DNA from: Paraspadella gotoi
Taxonomy: Eukaryota; Animalia; Chaetognatha
Reading direction: 5' to 3'
Assembly (NCBI GenBank): GCA_051294375.1
Contig: CM119267.1
Location: forward strand, 12,039,553-12,103,552
Length of the DNA: 64,000 bases
Position numbers and translations under genes: made by a program. Of this stretch, positions 1 through 11,509 are shown in pieces; position 1 is the stretch's first letter, and each line of letters starts with the position of its first letter. Below the pieces are notes generated by a model that ran no database searches, was not told the DNA's origin, and was given only the letters and a program-made list of their open reading frames with translations.

Positions 1-1701
1 GACAACGAATACACGGTCATGGCGCGGACAATTATGCGTCACTTTCACCGAATGTTGAACAAGTTCTTGCCCGACGAAAACCTTGATTCGGACGACGACG
101 AATACATGACGTGGAAGGATCGACAAAAACAAAAGAAACGTGGCCCTAAAAAGCAGAAGAAAGTCACGTCAAAGCTGGATCGTTCTTACGATCCGTTCGA
201 TAGCAGCGACTCTGACACATCGCTCCACCCTCATAACTCTTCTCGATCACTCGGACGAATTTCTACAAGGACCGTGACGAACGCTTTGCCGGCGAAACCG
301 AACCCTTCGAACCGCCCCAACGGAGCATCTTGGGATCCCTGTAGTTTGAATTGGCCCGGGATGATCACCAACCGAGAGGCACCGTTGCCTCGTCCCGCTG
401 AAATAATGACCGCTTCCATCGAAGAGGAGGCCGATCTGAACAGCTCTCAGATGTCAACCGATTCGGCTTACTCGGAGCCGGACAGGCGAGGGAACGACAG
501 CAACGTCGCCACGCTTTTGACGACGTCTCGGTCGTTGGAAATTTCCATCAAGGGCCCAACCGTCACGTCAAGCCTTGGCACTACCCAAGTCCGAGCCGGG
601 CCCAGTCCCATCTCGAAACCCGTTAAACCGTCGAAACCTCCTAACTACGGATGCTTGGAACCGGATCCGCCGATTCTAAAAACCTCCATCCCGCCGCCCG
701 TGTCGTCCGAAATAACAGTCGTCAATCATTATCCCACGGCGCCCATGCAGCCTTTCCAGCGTTTTCCAACTTCATATCATTCACAGCAGGCACGTCTGCC
801 GATGACTCATCCGTCGACCTATAACAGTAATCCAGCTTCGTCGTACGGACCCGTCTCAGTTGCCGCACCTCCGAACATTACCTTTCCTAATTCCAACGTC
901 CATAATCGTTTGTATCAGTGGCGCAATCCCACTCATTTGCCACCCATGAATCATCATCAAATGCCAGTCTCAGATTCCTTCCATCGCACGATAAGTCAGC
1001 CCAACGGGGTGGCTGTGGGGCCAGTCGTTCACGACTCTCAACATCATCAACCGCAGCCTCAGCAGTTTCCATCAAATCGAGTGCCAGTGATGTCGAATTC
1101 TCTAGCATATCGTTCTGTAGTACCTATTCAGCCACCGACTCAGCCATTTCCCTCTGGTGACGCCCTAGCCATGCAGCATCGTTCCCAAATGTTAGGTGGA
1201 ACTTCCTATTATCCGGGTATGACCTACTCTCAACAAAGATTCTGTTATTCCTCCTCGTCGTTGAGTCAATCCCCACAGAACGCGGGGCCCGGTGGTTATT
1301 CCCATCCTGTTGCCCAAGATTCTCCACCGACGCCGAATCTGTTTATGAGGCCGGTGACTTCTGAAGTGCTCCAGCCTAGTCAGTCGACCCTCCGATATCC
1401 CGGAATGATACCGCCTGAGCGTCAGGGATTTTCTCCATATGTTCATCGAAATCCAGTGCCCAACCACCCTCAGATAATGGCTCCTCAGAGCAATTGTCAT
1501 AATAGAATTTCTTCTCAAACAATGCACAGTACGCTTGAATATGGGTCTACCCTTCCTAATTCATACAAACTGTATGGACAGGACGTAATCTCAGCTTCCA
1601 ATTACCCGTCCTGTCAAAATTTTCAAGGTGGGAACGACAATAACGGTCACATAAAAGAAGATGAAAGAACTCCCTCGCCGAAAGTTTATCTCAGTTTGTG
1701 A
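1..1701 (+). CDS. CECR2: 3' terminal exon of a CECR2-like bromodomain chromatin remodeller (end of bromodomain plus long P/S/Q-rich disordered tail); 5' part outside window
   Basis: Frame is open from base 1: DNEYTVMARTIMRHFHRMLNKFLPDENLDSDDDEYMTWKDRQKQKKR resembles the CECR2 bromodomain C-helix and acidic/basic linker as I recall it ([33 protein letters not shown]). Stop TGA at 1699-1701. Confidence 0.7.
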   Translation, partial: DNEYTVMARTIMRHFHRMLNKFLPDENLDSDDDEYMTWKDRQKQKKRGPKKQKKVTSKLDRSYDPFDSSDSDTSLHPHNSSRSLGRISTRTVTNALPAKPNPSNRPNGASWDPCSLNWPGMITNREAPLPRPAEIMTASIEEEADLNSSQMSTDSAYSEPDRRGNDSNVATLLTTSRSLEISIKGPTVTSSLGTTQVRAGPSPISKPVKPSKPPNYGCLEPDPPILKTSIPPPVSSEITVVNHYPTAPMQPFQRFPTSYHSQQARLPMTHPSTYNSNPASSYGPVSVAAPPNITFPNSNVHNRLYQWRNPTHLPPMNHHQMPVSDSFHRTISQPNGVAVGPVVHDSQHHQPQPQQFPSNRVPVMSNSLAYRSVVPIQPPTQPFPSGDALAMQHRSQMLGGTSYYPGMTYSQQRFCYSSSSLSQSPQNAGPGGYSHPVAQDSPPTPNLFMRPVTSEVLQPSQSTLRYPGMIPPERQGFSPYVHRNPVPNHPQIMAPQSNCHNRISSQTMHSTLEYGSTLPNSYKLYGQDVISASNYPSCQNFQGGNDNNGHIKEDERTPSPKVYLSL

Positions 1702-2372
1702 TCGGTAGCTCTTGATGCATACTAGATTAGTTTATTTACAGGGTAAGCAATGATTTTTTTTTATTGTTGTCAAGCGCTTTTTTTTATAGTTTTTTTTTTT
1801 ACATTTATTAGTTTAAGGAATGCTTAAATTATTTTTGTTTGTCGAATTATTATTTATAAAATCTAAGTTGGATTATTAATGTTTAACAGAAATAATTGGT
1901 TAATTGTAATTTTTACGGGTTATTTTTATTTCAGTATCAATACAATACAAGATATTTTATTTGCCAGGTTGATACTTAAAAACATTGTTCCATTTCAATC
2001 GTCACATTCGTCATGTTTTGTACCCGACGTTTCGCCGAAATAAATTAATATACCTCTGATCAACTATTTTATTTAAACTATTCAATACATCCAATGCACG
2101 TTACACAGCTAAATAATTCCAATAAACAAGATAGAGAGAAAAAAAAACTAAACAGAAAAGCTATTCTCGAGTCATCTTAAAGGGTATCGAGGAGAGAGTC
2201 TTGTTAGTATAGTAATTGGTTCTAAGATGTCTATAAATTATTATTTAGGTTACACTCTATTTAGTTGATCGCTATTTACATAATTAGAAATAGAAAAAAA
2301 ATGATGGCACGCTCTGAATTTAGTTTTTATGAGTCATTGGTGACGTATACATTTTGAAGGAAAAATAGCACG

Positions 2373-4827
2373 TTAGTTTTTTTTTGTTTCCTTCTCAAAG
2401 TAACCCGACACGTCAATGGTGTTAGCCACATTAAACGTCTCATTCAGATATGGGTAAATGAATTGAATGGAAAAAGTATCTCCGAGGCACTGAACCAACA
2501 AATCCTTTTGAAACTCGGCCATCATTTGATAATTGTAAGAAATAGGACTTCCCTCTGTCAGGGACTGTCCCGCTCTATTATACAAGAAATTCTTCGCGTT
2601 GGTGAATAGGTTTAGGATGTCTCCGTGGACCGGTAAGAATTCCGTCAGGGGAGGGTTGTCCCTCTCTTCGTCAACCAGCAATCCGTCGTCCATGCTGTAG
2701 ATGAAACCGCAAAAAGAGAAAATGCTTTCATCCATGCTGAAGACGAGGCCACCCGATTTGGGCATGTAGTCGCTCAATCTGTTCACTTTCATCTTGACAA
2801 AGATGTTTCCATCGGGCAAAACTTTGGTCGCAGGAGCAATATCCTAAAGTAATGATTTAATTGGGTGTATTCAAGTAGTTAAAATGAGTTAAGATTTATT
2901 TTTTGCCCCAAACTGCACCCTGTTTTCGACGAAGGAAGTGATCTTTTGGCACGTGCCGTCGTCATTTCTCATAACTTCAACAATAGAAAATTTCTTGGTC
3001 AAATCGAGGTCGTTGAAAAGCGGTATTCTAAATTCCGGAAGGTTTTCGTCGTCCTAAAATAATTGGGGACATTATTTTCTTTATTCATGTCACGCTAAGT
3101 TATGTATTGAGCAATAGAGTGGAGCATTTAAGAACAAAAAAATTATTTGAATGATCGAATAAGGATATTTAGATGTGAGATAGTATGATTATCTAATATA
3201 AAAATATTTTGTTTATATTGTTTCGGGAACAGAATAGTAAAATAAAATATATTTGTAGTAATATTTTTATAAAATAGTAAATTTTAAAAATATTTTTTTA
3301 AAAACTTTTAATAAAGATTCAGATTCTTCATAAAAAGTTAAATCAAAAATATAAAACATGTTATCAAAAATTATATTATTTTCAGCATTTAAAATGGGAA
3401 AAAAGATAAAAATTTATGATTTTTTTATTCTTTGTAATAAACTTATATATGTTGAAACGTTTTAATCTTTTTTATGATCCAAACATTAAAATATCATATA
3501 ACATATTTTATAAAAGTTTTTTTAGTTTTTACCGCGAATCCAAATCTGTTCTTAAAAATAAAAAAATAATTATTTTGAAATTTAACTATTTTATAAGGAT
3601 ATTAGTACATAAATAATTGAATTTACTATACTATTATGTTAAAAAAAATTTTAAAAAGATTTAAAATTTGTTTATTATATGTCCATAAGCAACAAAAAAA
3701 TAATGTTCAATCGCTCAATCTTTTCTCACTCCACCCTATCGAGCAATGATCCAACGTTCAATTAGATTTATATAAATTCATGGACGAGGTTTTGTGATAT
3801 AACGAAGTGGATTTCACAAGCACAGGTCAGCATGTAGCGGACCGACGGTTTAATTTTAATTACTAGCAACTTCTGCTCGTTTTTTTCCCATTCCTCTATT
3901 AAGGTCTTGTTCCGACCTTGCTCGTTTTGAATTCCGAGTTTTACGAATGCCAAATTTGGGTGGTTACCTAGTAATAGATAAATAATGGCGATTGAAAAAA
4001 ACGACTGGGCTTAAAATTAAATCGGTCTCACCCGATAGGTTTTTTGCGGTCGAATGCTTAATGGTGACATGAAAAGCCATCCTATCGACGGGATCGAACT
4101 TCAGTTCTTTTCGATCGTCATCGCCATCGCCAACAATAAAAGTAAAGGTGGCATTCTGTATTTGTGTGAGGTTCTGAAGGAGCCTTTGATCGGTTATGAT
4201 CCATCCTTCGCCGCAATGAATTCCGTAGCCGCTGTTTTTTATGACGACTATTCCGGGTTTGCCTTCCGCAAAGATACCCTCGAAGTCTGTCTGTAGAAAC
4301 AATTACGATGTGTATTTATAAAAATGATTTTGGGTTCTCTCTTCCATGATTTTCTCGCTTTTATTACTATTTCTTTTTTTCTTCAATCTAAACCCTCCAC
4401 TTTATCTCCAAACATTTATTTTCTTTTTATATTAACCTGCTTTTCTCGCAAGGTTTTTAAAAGTGATTGAGCGTTGTGCTTGGTCAATGCTGGAAATATC
4501 TTAACCAATTGTACTGGGTCTGCGACCTCCAGCGCATCGTCCATGTCTCTTTTCTCCAACTCCAATTCCAACGCAACTTCGATGAAACATACTCCCTTCG
4601 AAGCAGACCAAGTTTTTCCTAGCTCGTCAAGTCTCCCTGAAAACAAAAAGAGCTTGAATTTTGAGAATAAAGTTTAATTACGTTCTTATTTTACCTTTGA
4701 GATGATTCTTTGTTAGCACATTTAGAAAAAGGTTATCAACTGCTTTTTCCTTTTCCTGCTTTGACGTGATGTTGGTCAGTAGTTGAAGTTCTTTTTCGAG
4801 AAGATATCTTCTTTGTGATGTGTACAT
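2373..4827 (-). CDS. Six-exon gene (~433 aa): helical N-terminus (possibly SAM-like) plus a trypsin-like (Trypsin_2-type) peptidase fold with degenerate catalytic triad
   Basis: Phase-consistent GT-AG exons 4827-4695, 4636-4437, 4290-4032, 3967-3864, 3053-2919, 2843-2373. Motifs in order: SGYGIHCGEGWIITDQRLL (cf. GSGF..G.ILTNxHV), PNLAFVKL (cf. DLALLKL), PKSGGLVFSMD..FCGFIY (cf. GxSGGPVF...GI). Confidence 0.65.
3115..3738. mobile_element. hAT-type MITE in intron 4 of the protease-like gene
   Basis: TIRs TAGAGTGGAG / CTCCACCCTA; flanking 8-bp TSD ttgagcaa (3107-3114) / tcgagcaa (3739-3746); AT-rich body related to 16430-17072 and 46996-47590. Confidence 0.75.
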
Positions 4828-4920
4828 TTGTGACACTAACAAATTTGAATAAAGCCAGAAGTAGTAAAATGATTTTTTTTTTAAATTCGTTTCTCTCCCA
4901 GTCTCTGATACCTCAATCTT

Positions 4921-6040
4921 TTTAGTTGCGCCGCGAGTACTCGCGGAGCAACTCTATAAGTCACTTGTTGGTCGGTCGGTATGTCTCTCCGTCGGTCTGT
5001 CCTACTTACGTTAAAAATGTTCATAACTTGTATATAGTTCGTTGTTCATTTATCAATACAGGAAAAAACATCAAATCTAAGGGACTGCTAGCGCCGCCTT
5101 CAGGAAATCCTAAAACTTTAAAGGGCTAAATTTTATTTTCGCCGATCGCGGTTATGGTAGAAATCTATTATGAAATTAAATTCAATAGGGACAGGGGTTT
5201 AAAACTTTAGTCTTGAAGACTACTTTCAGGTAAAAAAAGAATTTTTTTAAAAAGTTTGAATATAATGCTTTTATTGTTGCTATCAAAATTACAATATTAT
5301 TATATAATGATAAAATTTTTTTTAATCAATATTAACTTTTTGATGGATTCTGATAGAGCATAAAAAGTTAAACAATATAACTACAACTTTCAAAATTTTT
5401 TATATTTTTTTGGTCAAAATTAAAAAAAAATAATAAAATTATCGAAAGATGATGATGATGATGATCATAAATATTTGTTTTATATTTTTCCCCCACTTAT
5501 GATCAAAATATCAAAAAAAGAATTATACTTTGTGTAGATAATAATTTTTAAAAAAATTTAAAAAAATTTTAGCCTTTCTTATTTATAAATAAATATTAAA
5601 AAAATTAATATATGGAGTATGGAGTAATATTAATTTATTTTATCTATTCAAATTTTTTTTTAAATGTTTAAATTTTTGTTTTAGCTGTTAGGTGGCTTTT
5701 GTTAAAAGTTTTTAAAAATCATTTAAAAATATTTATTTAAAAATTTAAAAAAAAAAAATATTACCTAATTACCCTAACCCTAAGCCCTCCTAACCCTAAT
5801 TACCCCTAACCCTAATTACCCCTAACCTTAAACCACCCCAAAATCACCCTTAACCCTAACCACTTCCTAACCCCGGTTGGCGAAAGTAAAGAATAAAAAC
5901 AAAATTCCGATGCAGTGTGTCAGAAATACACGGGTTAAAAAAGTTATTGTAGTCATGACACGTCATGTCATGACACGAGAATATATGTGATAAGGCAGTC
6001 ACTGTGGCGCAACACATTTGAATTACCGTTCTTGTATTTT
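4921..6040 (+). mobile_element. Helentron-associated / DINE-1-like non-autonomous element
   Basis: Starts in a T-run; 30-nt hairpin agttgcgccgcgagtactcgcggagcaact (4924-4953); GTCG/GTCC microsatellite ~4970-5001; subterminal inverted repeat gttgcgccgc (4925) / gtggcgcaac (~6004-6013); ends near a T-run. Confidence 0.55.
5761..5875 (+). repeat. Degenerate interstitial telomere-like (CCCTAA)n array
   Basis: Multiple ccctaa/cctaac units interleaved with ccctaatta variants. Confidence 0.75.
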
Positions 6041-7715
6041 AATTTTGCTCAAACTTTCGTTTCAACTAAAGTCGTGCTTGTTGAAGTAGGCGTTAGTTCA
6101 TGATCAAATTGTCAGAAATTAATTTAATTAATTAATTAATTAATTAATTAAATTAACACAAATTAACGGATGAAAGATATTGTATGTTTAAAACTTACTA
6201 AACTTTGCCGCCATGGTGATGATTGATTTTCAGATTTGCGAAGAAAATCTGTTGGTAAAAGCAACAAAAAACAAATAAAATGATGCAGAATTTTTTTTCT
6301 TTAAACGGAATACCGTAACATGTGATGTATATTTATTTTAAAAATTGAATTACTTGACGTTAAGGTATGCTATCGAAAATTGGTTTACCTGCAGTTTTAA
6401 TTAGTTTTAACAAAGGAAAAATGAAAGCTTGCTGGTTTAGTTTTTCCTCAATTGGAGACGGAGAAAAGTTCAACTAGATGTCATACATTCTCACACCTAG
6501 CTAGAAAAGCTTTTTTTTCCGAAATTACACTTCGGATGATTTAAAAAAAAAGTGGGGTATTATTTCGATTTGACTGTTATAAACGTACGTAATGTACATC
6601 TTAAGGCGGAACAAGTTCTGTAATATAAAAAGTATCTATTAGAATAATTTAGAAATAATAATTTAAAAATAAAAAAAAGAGAGGAGGGGAAAAAGAATGG
6701 AAGTTAATTTATGAAATGTGCCGAAGAAAGATGATAAAAGAGGGAAAGTTTAGTAATTTAATAGAAGTTACTGGCATTACTTTTGTCAGGGCTACGATTA
6801 GTATGATTACACATTTAATCTTGCCAACTCCAACAGCATCAGCAGAAACTGTCCAAGTGTCCGTCTTTCCAATCAATGATGGTGCCTTTTTAAATTTTTT
6901 CTTTTATATAGTTTTTTATCACAAATTTCCTCTCTTAAAATCAAAGTTTCAAAATCTGTAACTTTAAACCTTTAATCGTTAACGAGAATTATATTTATAA
7001 GGAGAATGGAGCAAGAAAGGCTTTGAACTTCGGTAATTCTGATATTTTGGTTCCCGCAAAAAATTCCAAAAACGATGGAACAACATACAGGGAAATTCCG
7101 ACCAGTCCCAAAGCTTTCTAACGACATCCTGAACCTGTTTATATGGGAAGCAGGACCTGAGATATGACGTTTTGTTATTGGACATTCAAATTTAAATTCC
7201 AAGTAATTCCTGAAGGTCTCTCTGTCAGCGGTATTTACTTATCTGACGGGGATACGAGATCTATAGTCGAAGCTTTAGTTAACTTCCCGATTCATTTACA
7301 TAAAATTTTTCTCTTTGTTTAAGCCAAGTGTGCCGTGATGACCCAACCTCTTCGTTAAATTAATCTGTCCGTTTCACCCGGCTTCTAGCATCTTCCAAAT
7401 CTAATTAGTAACCTCGCATTTCTGAATTTTTTTTTTTAAATATTCGCTTTCTTCTCGGCGTTTATCTCTCTTTCTTCATCTCTTCTTCCTCCGTTTCTTT
7501 CCCTGAAAATGGAGCAGATCCTACTGTAGAGCCGAGCGAAGCAGCAAAGTCGTAACTTAGCAACTTCCCAAACTGTCCTCCGCCGACGAGATAGGACCCC
7601 CATCGCAATGCCTTCTTACCCATTCCTTTCGTTTTATCCATTGTAATTATGATACGATTCGCATGGTAGCGACCTTTGAACGAAGTGTAGATCTACTCTC
7701 ACTAACACGGTTGAA

Positions 7716-8922
7716 ATGGCGGCGGTACGCGAATCCGTCTGGGACTTTTTTGACAACAATAAGGTGTCCCAGCCGATGATAACTCAGGACGTATGGGAAC
7801 AATTATCCGTCAAAGGCCAGTCGCACGGTACGAGTTAGTACGTTTCTACCGAACTTTTTGATGGTTGAATTGTTCAAATTGCCCTTTTCGACAGACCACG
7901 ACGACGATGTTCCCGAATTGTTAGACACCACCGTCGTTGAGAGATCTCAAAACTCCACTTCCATCGATACGGAACCCATCTCCAAAGAATGGGACGTCGT
8001 CCGTGCTCCGGTCGAAGCGGACGACGAAAGCGTGGAAATAAGCATTCAGACGAGAACTGGCGAGAAGTTGACCTTAGACATTCCTCCGACCCATGAAAAG
8101 CCTCCACAAAGTCCCTCTACCAAGCCTCCGGGTTAGTGGTGCTATTCGGCTACTGGGCAATACACTTGGATAATAAGTATCTTCCTTTGATGTGTTATTG
8201 ATCATTAGGGCATCATTAGTACCAACATTTTTTTTTAAAACTGAAAAGTTGAGGAAACGAAACCGGATTTTAATTCGATTAAATCGGATGATAATTGACG
8301 ATGAACTATTTGAACCTTCCAGCACTCCCTTCCTATGATTCAGGTAAATACAACAATTGGACGGCAGAAAATCCTGCCGTTAAACTTCCCCTTTATGACG
8401 ACGAAGAGGTAGATGAAGAATTGTGCCAAAATCATTTGTTGCGAAGATCCGAATCGTCGTCATCTTCACATTCGTCGACATCGTCTTCCTCAGAGTCGTC
8501 TGCGTCAACACCGGTAAAAAAATTTACTTGGGATTAAAAAAATACAAAGAAAAAATATCGGCCGCGACTTATATTTTATGACTTTTTTTAATGAATCTAG
8601 AAAAACAGAAGACCATCGAGCAAGTCTCTTAAACCTGATGATGACGAAGAAGACACCAGCTCTTGGAGCGGTTTATCTACCTCTACTGAAGACGAAGAGG
8701 AAGATTTGGATCGAGTCACCCCACTTCCATCTCCAGCAGTGCAAGGTTTGACTAAAAATAGACATAAGTAACAAAAAAGTGATACAAAGAGAAAGAGGAA
8801 AAAGAGAAGAAAAGAAATAAAGAAAGAGAGTAGAAAGGAAAAAGAGAAAAGCAGAAAGCAAGTAATAAAAAGTAAAAGAAAAAAATAACTAAAAAAATAA
8901 GAATAAAAGATTGAAAAAGGAT

Positions 8923-8980
<58 letters not shown>

Positions 8981-10424
8981 GAAGGAAGGAAAGAAAAAAA
9001 AATAACAAAGAACAAAAAAGAAAAGACCCAAAAGAAAAAAAGAAAAGAAACGTACATTTTTGGCCACCTGACCAATTATTAGTGTTTACAGACACACCCC
9101 ATGAAACAGAAGACGCCGAGCGTCTTCGCTCCTTGATGGCCTCCATATTGGAAGAAACGTCTTCCGAGCGCAAGCCTGCGCGACGAAACCCGCGCCCATC
9201 GAGCAGGGGTTCATCCATAGCTACGACATCGACCACAAAGTCTCGGCCCCTCAGCGGATCCTCAACCTCGTCCTGTAGGTCCGTCGCTTCGTCGAGATCG
9301 TCGACGAGTTCAGTCGCATCCTCGAGTAGTCGATCGGGATCTTCAGCCAGATGGAACATGTCCTTCAGCAATCAACGAGTAAAGGAGATCGAAAAAGAAA
9401 ATCAACGGCTTCTTGGTAAGGATGGGGAGGAATAAAACCTTATTTTTATCAGTTGTTCACCTCTAGTTTTTCTTTGACGACAGGGCGCATTCTCAGCGTA
9501 AATTCGAAATCAACCCCCGATCTTTACTCTCCCAAGCCCCCTACATTGATGGCCAAGTCGAGAGACCGAAAGCCTACCACTTTTTCCATCAATCGGAAGA
9601 AGGAGCAAGAGAGGATTCAAAAGGAGAATGAGGTTAGAAAGTAGAACAATAAGATTAATATAAAGATCAAATAGTACTCACTCCTTAAATGTCTATTTAC
9701 GTCTTCTCTCCAGATTCTTTATGATAAACTCATTCGAGCTAAATCGTCCGACATGGTCAACCGAAAAAAGTTGTTCAACGACCGGGTAGGTTGGGGCGCG
9801 TCGTCGCGACCCGTTACGAGTTGTTCATCTCGTCAAGCGTCACTTCGGCCGCGAAGAATCGGGGAACGAATCCCTTGGAATGACGATGTTCACAACGCTG
9901 AATGGAGACGGGCCAAAAAAAAGTGCGATTATTGATTACTCACGCAAAAATGGAAAATGAGGCTTTTCGGTCGTTTTTAAAAATGTACATTTTTTTAATG
10001 TGCGAACAGAGTTTCACCACAACCCGCCAACCACCGCAAACCCTTACGGTCTCAATCTTTCGATCACGATCTCGCCTTTGATTTCCTCGATCTCAACTTC
10101 GATTCCAATTCTCTCTCTTCGAAGACTACGCCCAGTGGAGGTCGCGCCCGAATCCCATCTGGGCGAGGCGAGTCTTCGCTCAAGCGCCACGCTCGAGTTT
10201 CGTCCTGGCATGACCAAGACTACGAGGACTCATTTGGTGGAGGAGGTGACGGTGACAACACCGACGAGGATGTAGAAGCTTTGCAAACGATGTTCAAGTC
10301 TATGCCTTGGTTGACGGAAGAAGCCGATCATCCGCCTATCTCTACGATTAAAATACCCACTGATAGCGGATGCTCTGATAAAAAATCGGTGTCGTTTTTG
10401 GAAGAAGTTGTCCGTTATTTCTGA
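7716..10424 (+). CDS. CFAP97: CFAP97 (KIAA1430/hemingway family) cilia- and flagella-associated protein
   Basis: Exons 7716-7827, 7895-8131, 8323-8512, 8601-8745, 9092-9416, 9484-9632, 9715-(9935 stop, or spliced to ~10010-10424). Signature NMSFSNQRVKEIEKENQRLL...SINRKKEQERIQKENEILYDKLIRAK after an acidic/Ser-rich N-terminus. Confidence 0.85.
8921..8995 (+). repeat. (AAAG)n microsatellite within a purine-rich intron of CFAP97
   Basis: Direct tetranucleotide repeat; explains the F/S/L and K/E/R ORFs at 8597-9435. Confidence 0.9.
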
Positions 10425-11509
10425 AATACAATTTAACATACTATTTTTTTGTTTTTTTTTTGGGTCGGTAACATTTTTGATAACATATGTCAGTATGAGT
10501 ATGCTAAGAGCCATAATTTATGATATCACATTATTTTGGTTATTTTACGTTTGTGTGGGTCGGAACTCCCTATTTTTAAAAAAAAAGAAAATTACCTCAT
10601 ACAGTAATCAAATTTTTTTTCTTGAAAAATTTTATCTTTATCGTAATATAATTGTAGTGTATCGATACTTAGTTTTTTTATTGTACTAATGTCGAGAAAA
10701 CTCATGTTAAATGCATTAGCCTACATCATTAAATATTTTAGGTTTTTTCAACTTAACTTTTTTAACTTTTTTTAACTTTTAGGGTCAATAGCAAGGAAAA
10801 ATTGTTACTGTTATTCAATTGATTTCATTTAAAATTGGATTTATATATATGTATCTATATATTTTTTTATCAACCAAAACAAAATTACAAGCTTTTCTGA
10901 TATACCTAAAAGGAACCAACAAAAGAACGCTCTCAGAAACCGACCAATTCCTGATGTTATGTATAATTTCATTTTCCCTTGTATTGTATCTTATTTTTTT
11001 ATTTTATTTTAATGTTTCATTTTGAAGGAAAAAGCATTTTTTTAATCTAACAAATTTAAGGAACAACCTTGGTTTTATTATTGATAATCATAAGAGTGGA
11101 GTTGTCTGTGCCTTCTCCATTACAACACATAAAAAAGCATGTGATCAAAGGCAACCAATGAACGACCTGCTTTTTCGCAGCTGCGTAGGCAGAAAGATAG
11201 AAAGAAAACTACACAGTAATTACAATGTAACATTCTCTATGCTTTAGAGCAAACGCTTCGTGCAAAGAAAATCTTTAATGACGAAATCAGACTATTATTT
11301 AGATCTGCAACTACAACATGCCTGAAACATGCTGCATCCATGGAAAGAGAATTTGTTCATCTCATTTACTCCGTGGATGAAAAAAAAAATTTATTCAATG
11401 AGAAACGCCTTGTTAGAAAATAAAAATTAACCTACTTTCAATGGCAAAGTGACGTGAATTGATATTTCAATAAAGCATTCCATTCATTCGTCTGTTTAAA
11501 AGTAGCATT

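Noticed and set aside
2005-2065. Penelope-like hammerhead half motif (minus strand CGAAACGTC-GGGTAC)
   Set aside because: No CUGAnGA box or stem I partner upstream; at most a truncated fragment.
6716-7640. Short ORFs on both strands upstream of CFAP97 (e.g. VRKLWDWSEFP, TDTWTVSADAVGVG)
   Set aside because: Could not assemble a phase-consistent model or recognise a family; may be UTR or a decayed gene.
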